A DNA stretch of 56,474 bases, filler included, from Dugesia japonica (taxonomy: Eukaryota), in the NCBI GenBank assembly GCA_001938525.1. It is 5 parts of 5 records of this genome, joined end to end, with 100 filler letters (N's around TTAATTAATTAA, not from the genome) between each part and the next. Parts side by side here need not be neighbours in the genome. Positions count along the whole stretch, not along the records: positions 9,411 to 21,741 come from MQRL01612637.1; positions 21,842 to 31,501 come from MQRL01594514.1; 3 more parts are not named here. One strand, given 5' to 3'. The notes under the pieces are model-generated. The model was not told the origin of the DNA and made no database searches. It saw only the letters and a list, made by a program, of their open reading frames with translations. Below, piece by piece: positions 12,857 through 25,845 of this stretch (its first letter is position 1; each line of letters begins with the position of its first letter). A program made the translations under genes and the position numbers.

Positions 12857-13233
12857 ATCAATCTGGTAGAATAACCAATCAATATGGTAGAGTTATCATA
12901 ATAAGTTGCCAAAAATACAAAGTTGGAATATTCTTTGGTTTTCCCAATATTTATAAAAAAAAGCCAACTGCAACTATAAATTTGAATTTTCTTTAAAAAA
13001 AGTTTGAATTTGAATTTCCATCATTAGGCAGCCACTAAATCTTTCCAATTTAAATTAACAAAAATAATAATGTATAGATTTTTTAGGTTTCAAAAAACAT
13101 TTAAAAACTCAAAGAAATTGTTTGAATTAAAGGAAATTTTAATATATTGTGTAAATTCTTTTCTTGTATTTAATTATAATATATAAACTTTCCAAAGTCG
13201 GAGCCAGGTGCGGTCGCACCTTCTATGTTTTCT

Positions 13234-13421
13234 AATAGTAGTAGTAATAATAATAATATCAATAATTTTACAATTACAATTATTGTGAGAATGATTGTTG
13301 GACGTAACCATTGATCGTTTTTCAGAATTCATTTAAAATAAAAGCATCGATCAAAATTTGTTTTTCTTTTGGATTTTGAAAATAGTTCTATATTTAGACT
13401 TAGTCTTCTCCAGGAATTGAC
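13234..13421 (-). repeat. Near full-length copy of the hammerhead-bearing repeat with an (ATT/ACT)n tail
   Basis: Minus strand: gtcaattc-CTGgAGA-a-GAC-taa-GTC-tAA-ATAT-A-gaact ... ttgatcgatgcttttattttaaatgaattctgaaaaacgatcaatggttacgtccaacaatcattctcacaataattgtaattgtaaaattattg, then a simple-repeat tail. Confidence 0.85.
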
Positions 13422-13734
13422 TTTTTAAAATAATTAACTTATTATAATAATCATAATAATTATTATAATAATAGTAGTAGTAATAACAATCATAAAAGTG
13501 ATAATGATTATTTAATTACTACTTGAAGTAAACAATAAACGAAATAAACTGAAAATATAATCAAAACAGATAGTATCTATGGTTAGATTTAAGGATTACA
13601 TAATAATTTTAATTACCAATTTTATGATATATTTTATTTTGTATTTGAATTCAAATTTCTTAAATAATATATGTGAAAATACTTTAAATTTATTTATTCC
13701 TTGAAATTCATTATTTTTATTGTTTTAAATTGGT

Positions 13735-13745
13735 AGTAGTAATAG

Positions 13746-13776
<31 letters not shown>

Positions 13777-13884
13777 CATAATATCAATAATTTTACAATT
13801 ACAATTATTGCGAGAATAATTGTTGGACATAACCATTGATAGTTTTTCAGAATTCATTTAAAATAAAAGCTTCGATCAAAATTT
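13735..13884 (-). repeat. 5'-truncated copy of the hammerhead-bearing repeat with a simple-repeat tail
   Basis: Near-identical to 13235-13365 but lacks the hammerhead end. Confidence 0.85.
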
Positions 13885-13974
13885 GTTTCCAATTTGAGAA
13901 AGTGGATAATGAACAAAATTTATTAAACTAATTATTAATTTGTTTGATATTTTAAAATTAGGGATTTTTACAAA

Positions 13975-15008
13975 AATGACCCACATGAAGATAGAATTGC
14001 TTTACTCTCCTGAAATACCCGAAGAAAACAACACTTCAGGTGGAAATTGCACATAACTCCAACAAAGAAAAGAAATTCAATACATTCTGGAAATTCAAGA
14101 GATAAACGTTGTTCAGTTTTAACATATTTAATGAAATTGAAATTATATAACGTACCGGTATTTCGATGAACATATTGCGTAAATTCTGTAAATAACTTAA
14201 CTATCACTAGAATAATGAATAGATGGTAAATTTAAGTATTACAGATAGAATACTATTGTGGTATTGGAATTAGATGTTAAACGAAAACATATATTTATGC
14301 TTTATCTTCATGCAATCGTTTTTAAACCCAAATGCTGATGGCCATTTTCAATCGTCGATAATATTCCAAGCAACAAAACTATCGGGAGCATCTACAAAAA
14401 TTTATGGAAACTGGAAGAGTTCGTGACTTAACCCTATCAGATAAGGCAGAAAATATACCAACTCTTATTTAAGAACTAAATCGTTTCTTATCAATAACTT
14501 AATTAGTGTTATTTTTGTTCCGTTACTAAGCGAAAGCAAATGTTACAAAAGACTTGGTTTTTTAACAAGATTGAGATCCTCCTCATTGGTCGGTAGATGT
14601 TCTGAAATTTATTAATGGAAATTTTCCATCACGCTGGATTTAACCGAATGACCCTCTTGCATGGCCTGCTAAATCCCCAAATCTTGCTTCGTCCGATTTT
14701 TTCTTTACCTGAAAAATGAAGTTTACAAACGAAACCCTCCCAATAAAAAGCAACTAGTGGAATTCATTTCAAATGAATGTTCTAATTAATCCCATAATTG
14801 TTCTAATTAATCCCATAATTGCTAAAAACTGTCGTTTTGGTCTTTGAACACCGTTTAAAGTAAATTTTGAAAATTGATTGGAAATGTTGTGAACATTTAA
14901 AACTTAATTAAATACATTATAAACAAAATGTCTTTATTTTTCTTACCTTTTATTTTATGCGAGTTTTTGAAAAGTGAAATTAGAAAAAGACTTGTCATAC
15001 ATCCTGCA
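13975..15008 (+). mobile_element. Decayed Tc1/mariner-superfamily transposase (DD37D/DD41D-like)
   Basis: DPLAWPAKSPNLASSDF / YLKNEVYKRNP at ~14650-14740 matches WPpxSPDLxPxDFflWgyLKxxVY. Ends in ...catcctgcata. The left boundary is uncertain. Confidence 0.75.
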
Positions 15009-16089
15009 TATCTATAAAATTTATTCATTGAAAGAAATAAATTTATACGTTTTTTACTTTCCAAGAAAGGCCGTTAGTATGATTAATTTTGTTTAAAATT
15101 TTAAACTTTTAGTAGCTAAATCTAATATCGCATTTATTTCCAATAAAACAAAAATTGAGAAAATAATACGAACTAAATAAACAAACGAAGTTAAATTCAA
15201 ATTATAATAATTTCTATTTCAACGATGATGATGTCGTTAACATTTGATATTTAATTGGAATAATTTTGTATTTGAAGTATGTCATACACACAGCTCACGG
15301 GTTGCATACGGCACTTTGCAAACGCAATTTATTTCCACTCAAAGGATACTGCAGTATGACTAGTTAACTATCAAAATTGTGATTTGTTAGTTTTAACAAA
15401 AAAAGCATGTCATCTACAGATAAAATATTTTTTACGTTTAATCAGTTTAAACCACAAAAGAAGCATAAATACAACATGAAATGAATAAGTATGGGCCATA
15501 CTGTATGGCTCTCAAATAATACAAATATAACCTGTGACCCTTTGGGTTCACTAAGTTTGAAATGCCTGTTTTATCACTATTTATTGGACATGTTTGTTTC
15601 AAAGAAAGTGCTATTGAATTAATAAGACGTCTTATATTGCTCAAGAATTATGGTACAGCTTAAAAGAGATGTTTCATTATAAAATCATATTAGGCGATTA
15701 AAATCGAGCCAATGAAATACTCGACTTCTACTGATATCCCAACAGATATTATATCCTCTCTCTCAATCTTTAAATCTAACACTTACTAGAAATTTAGCAG
15801 TTGAGAGAGTGGTTGAAAATAAAATAATTAAAAGAACATAACTACTTATTCTAACAACATCCAAATCTTGTACTTTATTACGAATATGCTGGTATATACC
15901 ACATATTAATAAATTATTAAACCACACACACATATATATCCAGTCAATCATGTCCAATATGAAAACTAGCGTACCGATTTTTTCAAATGTTTATATTAAA
16001 AAATAATATGAACATCGATCAACATAAAAATAACAAAGATTTCCAGAAAAATTGTATTTATTATATCTATTTATTACAATTTTTATTTC

Positions 16090-17277
16090 TTTGACACCTA
16101 ATAAAGTCTGTGATTTTTAATTGCCTAGATACTTTTTCTCCTTGAATTTCATCAATCAGATCCCATATTTTGTTCATCTTATCAGGAATATTAGCTTGAA
16201 AGTATTTTTCAAGTTTTTTGCATACTCATAAGCTTCGTATCCTGTTATTATTGCATCTTCTACCTCTTCAATAGAATTATCACTTGTTTCCTTTTTTACA
16301 GAACTTTCTTTTTCATACTTCTCTACTAGATCAAATAAGAGATGTTCATCAAATTTTGGATTAATCTCAAAACATGGAAAATCATCACATTCAGTATTCA
16401 CTTCTTTAACATACGCATTTTCGAAAGACTTGGTAAAACAATTAGAGATAGTGGCTGGTTTTACACAATTTCATGCTTTCGAAATCCAAACCATTGCTTG
16501 ATACAGATCAACCTTTTTGCACCATATTCTCTTGTGTAATATTATTATCTAAATTAAAATTCATTGACATTCTCAAAAACTTCTTATAATAGTCTTTAAA
16601 ACATTTTGGTGGGAAAAAGAATAATTCGAATAATTGCTCAATTTGAAGTCTTTTGGGTAAATAGGTGAGATGTCTATATGGAAATCTTTTTTATAGAAAT
16701 TTTTAAAACAACAAGGTTTCTTCGATCTGCTTATCACTAAAGGATTTAACTTAACTCCTAACATATTTAATCCCAAGAGTATAGTAATTCGATCTTTAGA
16801 AAACTTACCATTAAAATTAAGAATATACCTTTCATCCACGGTTTTTGATTCCCCATTAATTCTTTTGGACGATATTATATGCCTGGAAAGAAAAGAATTA
16901 AGCCAACCGTTTGATGCCTAAAAATCATGATTTCCTAAGTGCTGTGCTAATTCTAATACCTTCTGTTGCAATATATCACTAATGATACTGATATTTCTTG
17001 TTTTCTGAATCTGGAACCATTCATACTTGATGGCATCAACTTGATATCCACTACGTAAATGTGTTTTTCTTTTCTGTTTGGTATTCACGTTTGACTTCAA
17101 AATGTATTCTCTAGATTTCATAAGATTATTTATACAACCTAATGAAAGATTGTATTTTGATGAAATAAAACGTTGAGAACAACCTTTATTTTCAACAAAT
17201 AATTTTAACAATTTCTGATTCTCTTCAATGCTTAAATCCTTTCTCTTTCGTTTAGGATTTGTATTTTTCATGTTCAT
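16090..17277 (-). mobile_element. Tigger/pogo-family transposase pseudogene with internal deletions
   Basis: CENP-B-type HTHs (KRKRKDLSIEE...SQRFISSKYNLSLGCINNLMK; YEWFQIQKTRNISI...LAQHLGNHDF*ASNGWL) and the DDE_1 start GKFSKDRITILLGLNMLGVKLNPLVISRSKKP. Confidence 0.9.
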
Positions 17278-19236
17278 AAAAGACAGTTAAAAATGAATAT
17301 TTAAAGAAAAAAATGGAGAAATTATTAATTTATTTTACACTAATTATTGTTCATTGTTCAAAATAAACAGTTTTTATATTTCAAACATATAAAAAATAAA
17401 GAAAAAAGTCTTCGAACAAAATTTCACCAGAAAAACATTATATAACATAAAAAAGATTAGGAGCAGACTATATTTCTACAATTCACAGAAAGAAACATTA
17501 AGAAATACTGATTAAAGAAGATAAACCTAAAATCAATGTAGTATATAATAATTAAAATAAAGTTAAATTAATTTAATTTAAATTAAATTAAAATTATCTC
17601 ATAAAATTTCAATAAAATGCAAACAATTTTGTAAAATATTCTAATCTTTGTTAAATCAATCGAAGAAGACAATAATCGAAAATTCTAATAACTACCGAAA
17701 AAGAAATAAAACAACATTTTNNNNNNNNNNNNNNNNNNNNNNNNNNNNNNNNNNNNNNNNNNNNNNNNNNNNNNNNNNNNNNNNNNNNNNNNNNNNNNNN
17801 NNNNNNNNNNNNNNNNNNNNNAAAAATAAAATTTACTTAATACTTGAAATTGACAAATTTGAATTTTTGTGAAATTTTCATTAAGTGACATAATTCTAAT
17901 ACTTTTAAATTTACTAATACATTTAAATAATTCACTGGCAGATAGAACCTCGTGAGATTTGTAGAATGCTGCACATGTTGTCCAATGAATATTGTTTATG
18001 GAAGTTTCTATTTTAAAATACTGAGCATTTTTTGAATATAAAACAACAGCAATTGAATCTATTTCATATGGGAAAAATAATGTAAACCATGGATTTGTTG
18101 TAACACTTAGCACAGATTTACAATTCATATTGCCGTTGTTTACTAATATATTACAATTAATTTTCGGTATACAATCGGCAAACGATGATACTAAAACTAA
18201 NNNNNNNNNNNNNNNNNNNNNNNNNNNNNNNNNNNNNNNNNNNNNNNNNNTTAAATCCTTTCTCTTTCGTTTAGGATTTGTATTTTTCATGTTCATAAAA
18301 GACAGTTAAAAATGAATATTTAAAGAAAAAAATGGAGAAATTATTAATTTATTTTACACTAATTATTGTTCATTGTTCAAAATAAACAGTTTTTATATTT
18401 CAAACATTTCAAACGTATANAAAATAAAGAAAAAAAGTCTNCNAACAAAATTTCACCAGAAAAACATTATATAACATAAAAAAGATNAGGANNAGACTAT
18501 ATTTCTACAATTCACAGAAAGAAACATNAAGAAATACTGATTAAAGAAGATAAACCTAAAATCAATGTAGTNTATAATAATTACAATAATTAAAATAAAG
18601 TTAAATTAATTTAATTTAAATTAAATTAAAATTATCNCATAAAATTTCAATAAAATGCNAACAATTTTGTAAAATNTTCTAATNTTTGTTAAATCAATCG
18701 AAGAAGACAATAATCGAAAATTCTAATAACTACCGAAAAAGAAATAAAACAACATTTTAATAGAAACTATTAATTTAATGAAATCACTTATATATTATTA
18801 AATGATTTTGTTATTTTGCAGCCTTCATAATATAAATGTTTTTAATAAAAATAAACCAAAAATAAAATTTACTTAATACTTGAAATTGACAAATTTGAAT
18901 TTTTGTGAAATTTTCATTAAGTGACATAATTCTAATACTTTTAAATTTACTAATACATTTAAATAATTCACTGGCAGATAGAACCTCGTGAGATTTGTAG
19001 AATGCTGCACATGTTGTCCAATGAATATTGTTTATGGAAGTTTCTATTTTAAAATACTGAGCATTTTTTGAATATAAAACAACAGCAATTGAATCTATTT
19101 CATATGGGAAAAATAATGTAAACCATGGATTTGTTGTAACACTTAGCACAGATTTACAATTCATATTGCCGTTGTTTACTAATATATTACAATTAATTTT
19201 CGGTATACAATCGGCAAACGATGATACTAAAACTAA
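17231..19236. repeat. Near-identical ~1-kb tandem duplication (17231-18200 vs 18251-19236), probably an assembly artefact
   Basis: The copies are almost base-identical, are joined by an N run, and the second has scattered single Ns. Confidence 0.85.
18873..19232 (-). CDS. Exon encoding an F5/8 type C / galactose-binding-like extracellular domain (duplicate at ~17836-18195)
   Basis: tttag acceptor and gtaaat donor enclose a 360-nt phase-1/1 open exon: ...SVTTNPWFTLFFPYEIDSIAVVLYSKNAQYFKIETSINNIHWTTC...FKCISKFKSIRIM...KIQICQFQVL. This fits the nPW..., f.ie.S.d...W..C, .irI...l.lCE..V pattern. Confidence 0.55.
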
Positions 19237-19585
19237 AATTGAAAAATATATATTAAATAAATCGAATAAATGTTTGAAATATGACTGAATTATAAAATAT
19301 CCCCATACTATTCTTCATTTATTTGATGTAGTAAATTGACATGTATTTTGTAATATATGATTGAATGTCAAGCATGTGTGCGATTTGTAATGCGAGAACA
19401 TCACACTATAAACGAATTCTCAAAAAATATATACAGTGTGTTTCTTAATTGTTATTTATCAAATAATTTTTAAATAATTTGTTAAATAGGAACATTAAAG
19501 ATTCAAGTTTAACATATTATTGTAAAACATATTTCATCATATTTAGTTCAATATTATTGACTACACAAAAATAAAACATTATTAT

Positions 19586-21741
19586 TGTAAGTATCGATTC
19601 ATGAATTTCGGATGTCTGAGATNNNNNAATTTTTATATTTAATATTAAGATTGGTTTTATTGAAATTTTTAAAATATAAAATTTTAAAAATTATAAGGTT
19701 GAAAAATAAATAAATATATAGGTAAAGCAAAGATATTATAAATTAAAGTTAAAATTTTACATGGTGTTAAATTATAAAATTATTTTCTAAAATGAGGTTT
19801 AAAAATAATTANNNNNNNNNNNNNNNNNNNNNNNNNNNNNNNNNNNNNNNNNNNNNNNNNNNNNNNNNNNNTGTGAATTGTTATTTCATATTTTTATTTT
19901 TTAAGAAAAGACTTGTAATAATTAATAAACAATTTATGGAGACTTTTGAGAATTTAAATTTAACTAATAATGGCGACCAACGCATCATTGGATTTGCTCA
20001 AAGAAGCCATGAGACCTGGAATATTCAAATCAGGCGAGGATGTCAAAAAATTTATTTTGAAGACAACGAAATATTTTGATATAACCGGAATAAAGAAAGG
20101 CCAAAGTAGNNNNNNNNNNNNNNNNNNNNNNNNNNNNNNNNNNNNNNNNNNNNNNNNNNNTGAAGACGAATCATTGGGATTTGAAGAAAGATTCAGAAAG
20201 GCTTTCTTTAAACCATCAACAATGATTAAAGATATGGAGGAAGCTCTAAATTATCAAAGGAATGGAGAGCACATAAATATCTAAAAGAAGAAGATTGAAG
20301 GATTGGTAGAAAAGTTAATGGCTCATAAATGGAACAAAGAAAACTTAACAAAAGAGCTAATAATGAATAGTTGCAACGACAGAAAGATTAAACATAAAAT
20401 CAAATCAGGAAAAATAGAAAATGTAAACGATGTATTTAAAGCAATAAAAGAATGCGAAGATATACAAGACGAAGTAAAAACCGGAGGAATAAATGTAGTT
20501 CGTAACTACAGAGATGCCGTTCGCAGAAGCCCAGAACAAAGAAATTTCAACAAGAATCGTAATGAAGGAATGCAACAGAACAGAAACAACGAAAGACGAG
20601 AAATCACGTGCTGGATCTGTAACCAAATAGGTCATGTAAGCAGAAATTGTCAAGAAAGAAAAAGAAAGTGCTATACTTGTGGATCTGAACAACATTTGAG
20701 AAGAGACTGTACCAAAGCTAGTTGCTCAAGTTGTAACAAGAAAGGTCATTACGCAAAGGACTGTTACACAAATATGAACAGACAGTTTAGTCATCAAAAC
20801 AAAAGTGAACAGGCCAGAAAAGAATTCGGAAATGGCAAACAAAGATATTATTCAAATAATACGAATAATTACACAAAGATGAATGGAAGTCACATTAATT
20901 CGATTGAGGAAAATGGGAAAGATTGTGCATGTAGAGACGACAAAGGTCACTATTGCAATGAGGGTTCAAATAATTATCAAGATGAATACCCAAATGACCA
21001 AGCTTCGACCGAAATCAAGATTGTCGGAGCGTTGAATTAAGTATCTCAAAAAATNGCAGTATTGTTAATTATAGTAAAAGTAGTATAAATAATTATATAA
21101 ATAAAAGAAGCGAAGATAAACGAGTAGATGATTACAATGATGTAAAAAAAAAGGTTTACAAGTTCGTAAAAAAGAAGTGACTAGAAGCTAACTGGAGATT
21201 ATCAATGATATAAATGAAGAAGATGATTGTGAAATTCTGATGATTGAAGAGATAAAACGACAAGAAATAAGTTATGACAAGATGCAAGGTAGACCAAGTA
21301 TAACGGTTGAAATACAAAACGTAAAAGTTGATTGCTTGTTAGACACTGGAGCAAGAGTTAATGTTATGAGTTTGAGAATATTGAAAAGATTGAGAGAAAT
21401 CAATATATTAAAAAGTGAATACAATTTAAGATGTACCAATAATAGTCAACTTGAAATCGTCGGTATGATAAAGGTAAAAGTAAAATTTGATAATAAAAGC
21501 GAAACAGTTAAATTCATTGTGGTGAAACAAATACACCCAGATCTAATTGGAGGAATAGAATTACAGAAACAGTTTCGATTCCAACTGCTGAGAGAGACTA
21601 AATGTGAGGATACTGAAATGTATCTTTGTAATATAGAAGCAAAGTATGGACGCAGTACAACAGATGAAGAAAAAGTACAGAGAGCAATAAAAATATTGAT
21701 TAACAAGCCAAATGAGAATTTAGAGGAAGTTATAAGAATTT
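19586..21741 (+). mobile_element. Ty3/gypsy retrotransposon 5' half: putative LTR, PBS, gag (19970-21040, one in-frame stop at 20282) and protease (21240-21741), cut by a gap
   Basis: PBS-like TGGCGACC at 19971. Three CX2CX4HX4C knuckles: CWICNQIGHVSRNC, CYTCGSEQHLRRDC, CSSCNKKGHYAKDC. Protease CLLDTGARVNVM. The LTR start (TGTAAG at 19586) is tentative. Confidence 0.92.
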
Positions 21742-21841
21742 NNNNNNNNNNNNNNNNNNNNNNNNNNNNNNNNNNNNNNNNNNNNTTAATTAATTAANNN
21801 NNNNNNNNNNNNNNNNNNNNNNNNNNNNNNNNNNNNNNNNN

Positions 21842-21931
21842 ATATACAATATTACCATATACACTATTATCATATACAATATTACCATATACACTATTAC
21901 CATATACAATATTACTATATATACTATTACC
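21842..21931. repeat. 15-bp minisatellite (catatacaMtattac)n
   Basis: About six visible units running out of the gap. Confidence 0.9.
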
Positions 21932-24900
21932 CGATATATGTTCATACTGTGGATTTTTGCTGCTAACATTCGGTTATTGTTGATTGTAAACTCACTGCCT
22001 GCTTACACTTACTTGCTCTCGTAGACCAGGCATTTTCTTCTTCAACATACGATTCTCTTCTCTGGTCTCTTTCAATTCCTTCCTCAGTTATTTCAATGCT
22101 GCACCGCACACTTTTTGCTCCGCTAGTAATTCCCCACGATTGGGACTTATTAAATATTCTGGAACAATGGAAACAATATTTAATTATTATCATATATAAT
22201 TCCAATCTTTTCAATACTCTCTCATATGCCTGAGATTCGGCTAGCCGATTTTTAAGATAAAAAATTTGGTTTTTTTGTTTCTTCTACGCATTTACTGTCT
22301 GGAACTCGACGATCTGAGCTTGTTCGATATTTATTGGCTCGTATAGTAATAAATTTATATTTTTATTATACATGTTATCATTAAATTTCAATTGTCATTT
22401 AAGATCTTTATTAAAATTATTAGCAGTGTATTTTTAAAATTTTATATTTATATTGGTTTGTATATTATTTAATATTTATAACGAAATGTCCGGAAAAGAG
22501 GTTAAATATTATTTACATAAATATTATTAACCGATTGAAATTGTTATCCCAATTCAGTAAACAATAGTAGAAAGACAAAATCAGTGGTTAAGCAGTTTTA
22601 AAATTTATTTCTAAAAAATATGATGGATGGCGCCGCTCTACAAATAAAGCATCAATATGAAGCAGCAGCAGAATAATATAAAATAACAAGTAGTAACACA
22701 ACAACTATTGTAACTTATTTACTATTGTGTGATACTACAATATGAGTATTGATGAAACTGAGCATAAATAAAATCAACNNNNNNNNNNNNNNNNNNNNNN
22801 NNNNNNNNNNNNNNNNNNNNNNNNNNNNNNNNNNNNNNNNNNNNNNNNNNNNNNNNNNNNNNNNNNNNAAAATGAAAATGACAGTTTGAAGGGTGGTTGT
22901 ACTAGCAAACAATAACACCAACTCAGGTTGAAATGGTATTTAAACAGGTAAATTTCAGAACAAATTATCATCCAAAAATTAAAGAATTGTTGAGCGCTAA
23001 GGTTTTCTATGTTATTACTTTTCGTTTCAATGCTTCCTTGTTGTTATTCTTTCCATTCACTCTTTCGATATATCTTGTAGTGGTAGATACCCCGAAACCG
23101 GTAAAAATTTGACAACACCTCGAGTGTTGTTCATCTACCCCGTGGTCTATGCGGGACTTTATTGTATCTCGTCTTTAGAAAAAACGACTTGTTAGTGATG
23201 CTCAAAATCATTTTAATTATTTTCATTAATTTAATATTTTTAATAATTAAGTAAACTCTCCGCTCTCAATAATACACTTATTTGCCTTGAAAACATCAAG
23301 ACGATCCTAAAATTTGCTCGCTGGTGTTTATATAGTCGGTATCCTCCGTTCTTCATTTTCCATCAAATTCTTTCCGAAATGGGCTGACATTAGCAAGCGC
23401 AGATGCCTCCCGAAAGAAATACTTAGTAACTTTTATTGATTTGATGTTCATATTAGCGATATCCTTTTAATCTAATATAGCTATTAACAGTCGTAGAATT
23501 TAATCAAAATATTCCTGTCGTAAATCATTGATATTTGTCAGCATTCTCTTCTGTAGTAATAAACATTTCCTATGTTGATCGGCTACTTCAGTACTACTTC
23601 ATTTGATACGGTAAATAGTTAATATTATGCTAGAACAGTAAAGATTCTATTTAAAATCTGACTGATTATGACTAAAACAACTGTAACTCACATTACGAGT
23701 CTATAAGATTTCGTAAAGGGTAAGAAAAACATTCCACTAGTAATGGCTTTTAAACGGTAAAAGATCATTACACTTAAAATACTTTTCATTTGAATTTTTA
23801 TGACACAGAATGTTTATTCGTTGGTTGTCAGTTCATTTTCGGCTTCAGACAAATCTGCTACTAGTTGTTTCAGTGCCCGCATGATCCTTAATCGTAATTA
23901 TTTAGCTTTCCTTTTGTATTCCGCAGCTTCCTGACGACAGAAGTCTTCCTTTCCGGAGACAATTGGTAGTTATTTGAGATGTTTAGGCATTTCTCTTTCT
24001 CTCCTCCATATTTTGGCTTCTACAACCAGCTCTTGGTATTTTTATCCCTAATCCTCTTCACTTTTGAATTGTTCATAACTTAACGTATAATCAAATCATA
24101 TTTGATAATATACTTGCTCTCAAATCGTTCACTTATTATCAATTACTCGTTTACTTTATAATCGTTTATGGAATCTGTGGTTGATGATCTCGCCAGACAT
24201 TATACATGTGTAATATAAATTAAACTCGTTAGTAATAAACGTTAAATTACTTAAGTTTTTATCTGATCTGGTCCTCCGAGACTATGTGGTTTTCCGTCTT
24301 TTTTTTTAAAATCTCAGGTTAAATAGCTTGCTTTTCTGTAATATTTTTATTTTAATCACTTTTTGTTTTGTATAATTATATATGTTGGGTTACTAGGCTT
24401 TGGATGTTATTTTCTTTTCTTCTAGTCTGATAGGTTTTCAGCTTTCTGATTTAAATTCATATCTGTTGGATGATACCTAGTAAACACAAGAATTTTTGCG
24501 ATGCCTTCTCCTGTATCGCGAAATCCCATTCCCGAATTCAGCGGGACTATGCTGTATCCCACCTTGAGAAAGTCCTCTCGATGTTAGTTCTTGCTAAGTG
24601 CAAACTTGGGAAATATCTATGTTTATGTCAAATAAATGAAAGATAACCTAGTTAATACTTTATTTTACACATTACGGAGAGCCAAATATCGTCTACTCCG
24701 TGATGACACATTCCGTGTCCGCTCGATCTTAAATTCTGTATTTTTTCAATAATTACTTAATGTTTGCCAAAACCGAGGCTTCCCTGTCCGCGTACGATTT
24801 GACGACATTTGCTAGCATTCTGTTGTCGGCAATGAGTGTGAGTTCTCTCTGTCAATTCACACTCAACCACAGACTTCGTTTGGGTAATACTGATCGTATC

Positions 24901-25530
24901 CTTCAGTTCTTTTACCTCCTTCCGTAACTTTTTAGTTTCAGCTCGTAACTTTTGTTACTCCAACAGTAACTCTTCCAATGATGGCTGCGAACAATTTCTT
25001 TAACAATGTAAGTTCTAACATGAGCAAGCTTAAATGAACCGATAACAGTTGCAATTCAGACTCATCAAATATGATCTTATTATCGAATCTCAATATTTTT
25101 TTGTTCGTCAGGAGAAAATATCATAAAATCGAGTAAGTAAATATTGTATTGTAAAGTCAATGAACTACATATTGAAAAAAAATTCAATTAACTAGATATA
25201 TGAATTCATACAGTACATTGTGTCATTTCCGTTTCGCTAACGAATTTCCCGTCCTCGAGCTGCACTAGGTATGTGGCATTACCTGTTCACTATGTTGATC
25301 TTCAGATGGGCGGAAATTCTGCTCAACAAATCGGCTAGTACATTCTGTTGATTTTGATTTCGCTCTGGTTGAAGTTTTTTTTCCTTCAACTCGGTTATAT
25401 GTTTTTCTAAAGCTAATTTCTCCGTCTCTTTATCGCAAATTTCTATCTCTTTTAGCTTCAGCTTGTCTGCGTATATCCCCCATGTGTCGTGGTCGGTTCC
25501 AGTCTCAGTCCACGAGTCAGCATTCGATTA

Positions 25531-25660
25531 AATAATGATGAAATGAGTATTAAAGAGGCAGCGCAAAAGCTAGGAATAAAGTACTCAAGTGCAAAGTCTA
25601 TTAATAAGTTGAATATAGATGAAACTGTGATTAAAAATGGCAGGAGCTACCTTATATAAA
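25531..25660 (+). mobile_element. Isolated HTH fragment, probably from a Tc1-like transposase
   Basis: EMSIKEAAQKLGIKYSSAKSINK is a typical helix-turn-helix pattern. Confidence 0.45.
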
Positions 25661-25845
25661 CATCACTGGATCAAAATTTTATAGGCAACATATTATTCAT
25701 TATTCAAAATGTTATAGTATACCTCTTATTCTGCGTTTTCAAAATATTGATTATATTTGGTTGAAATGAATCAAGTAAACTCTCTATGGTATTTATTATT
25801 CAATGCCGTTCATCTGTAAACTTAAATATCCTAAATAATATCATA

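Noticed and set aside
17685-18296. 203-aa ORF apparently fusing a Tigger N-terminus (MNMKNTNPKRKRKDL) to a lectin-like domain
   Set aside because: The fusion is read through an N run at the junction of a near-identical duplication, so it is an assembly artefact and not a domesticated transposase chimera.
17231-19236. Recent tandem gene duplication
   Set aside because: The copies are virtually identical, joined by Ns, and one has low-quality bases. Unmerged contig overlap or a haplotype is more likely; read depth would decide.
20405-20695. Antisense ORFs over TE or host coding regions (also 967-1212, 10993-11379, 21446-21706, 25970-26260, 46672-46860)
   Set aside because: They are shadow frames of the coding strand opposite.
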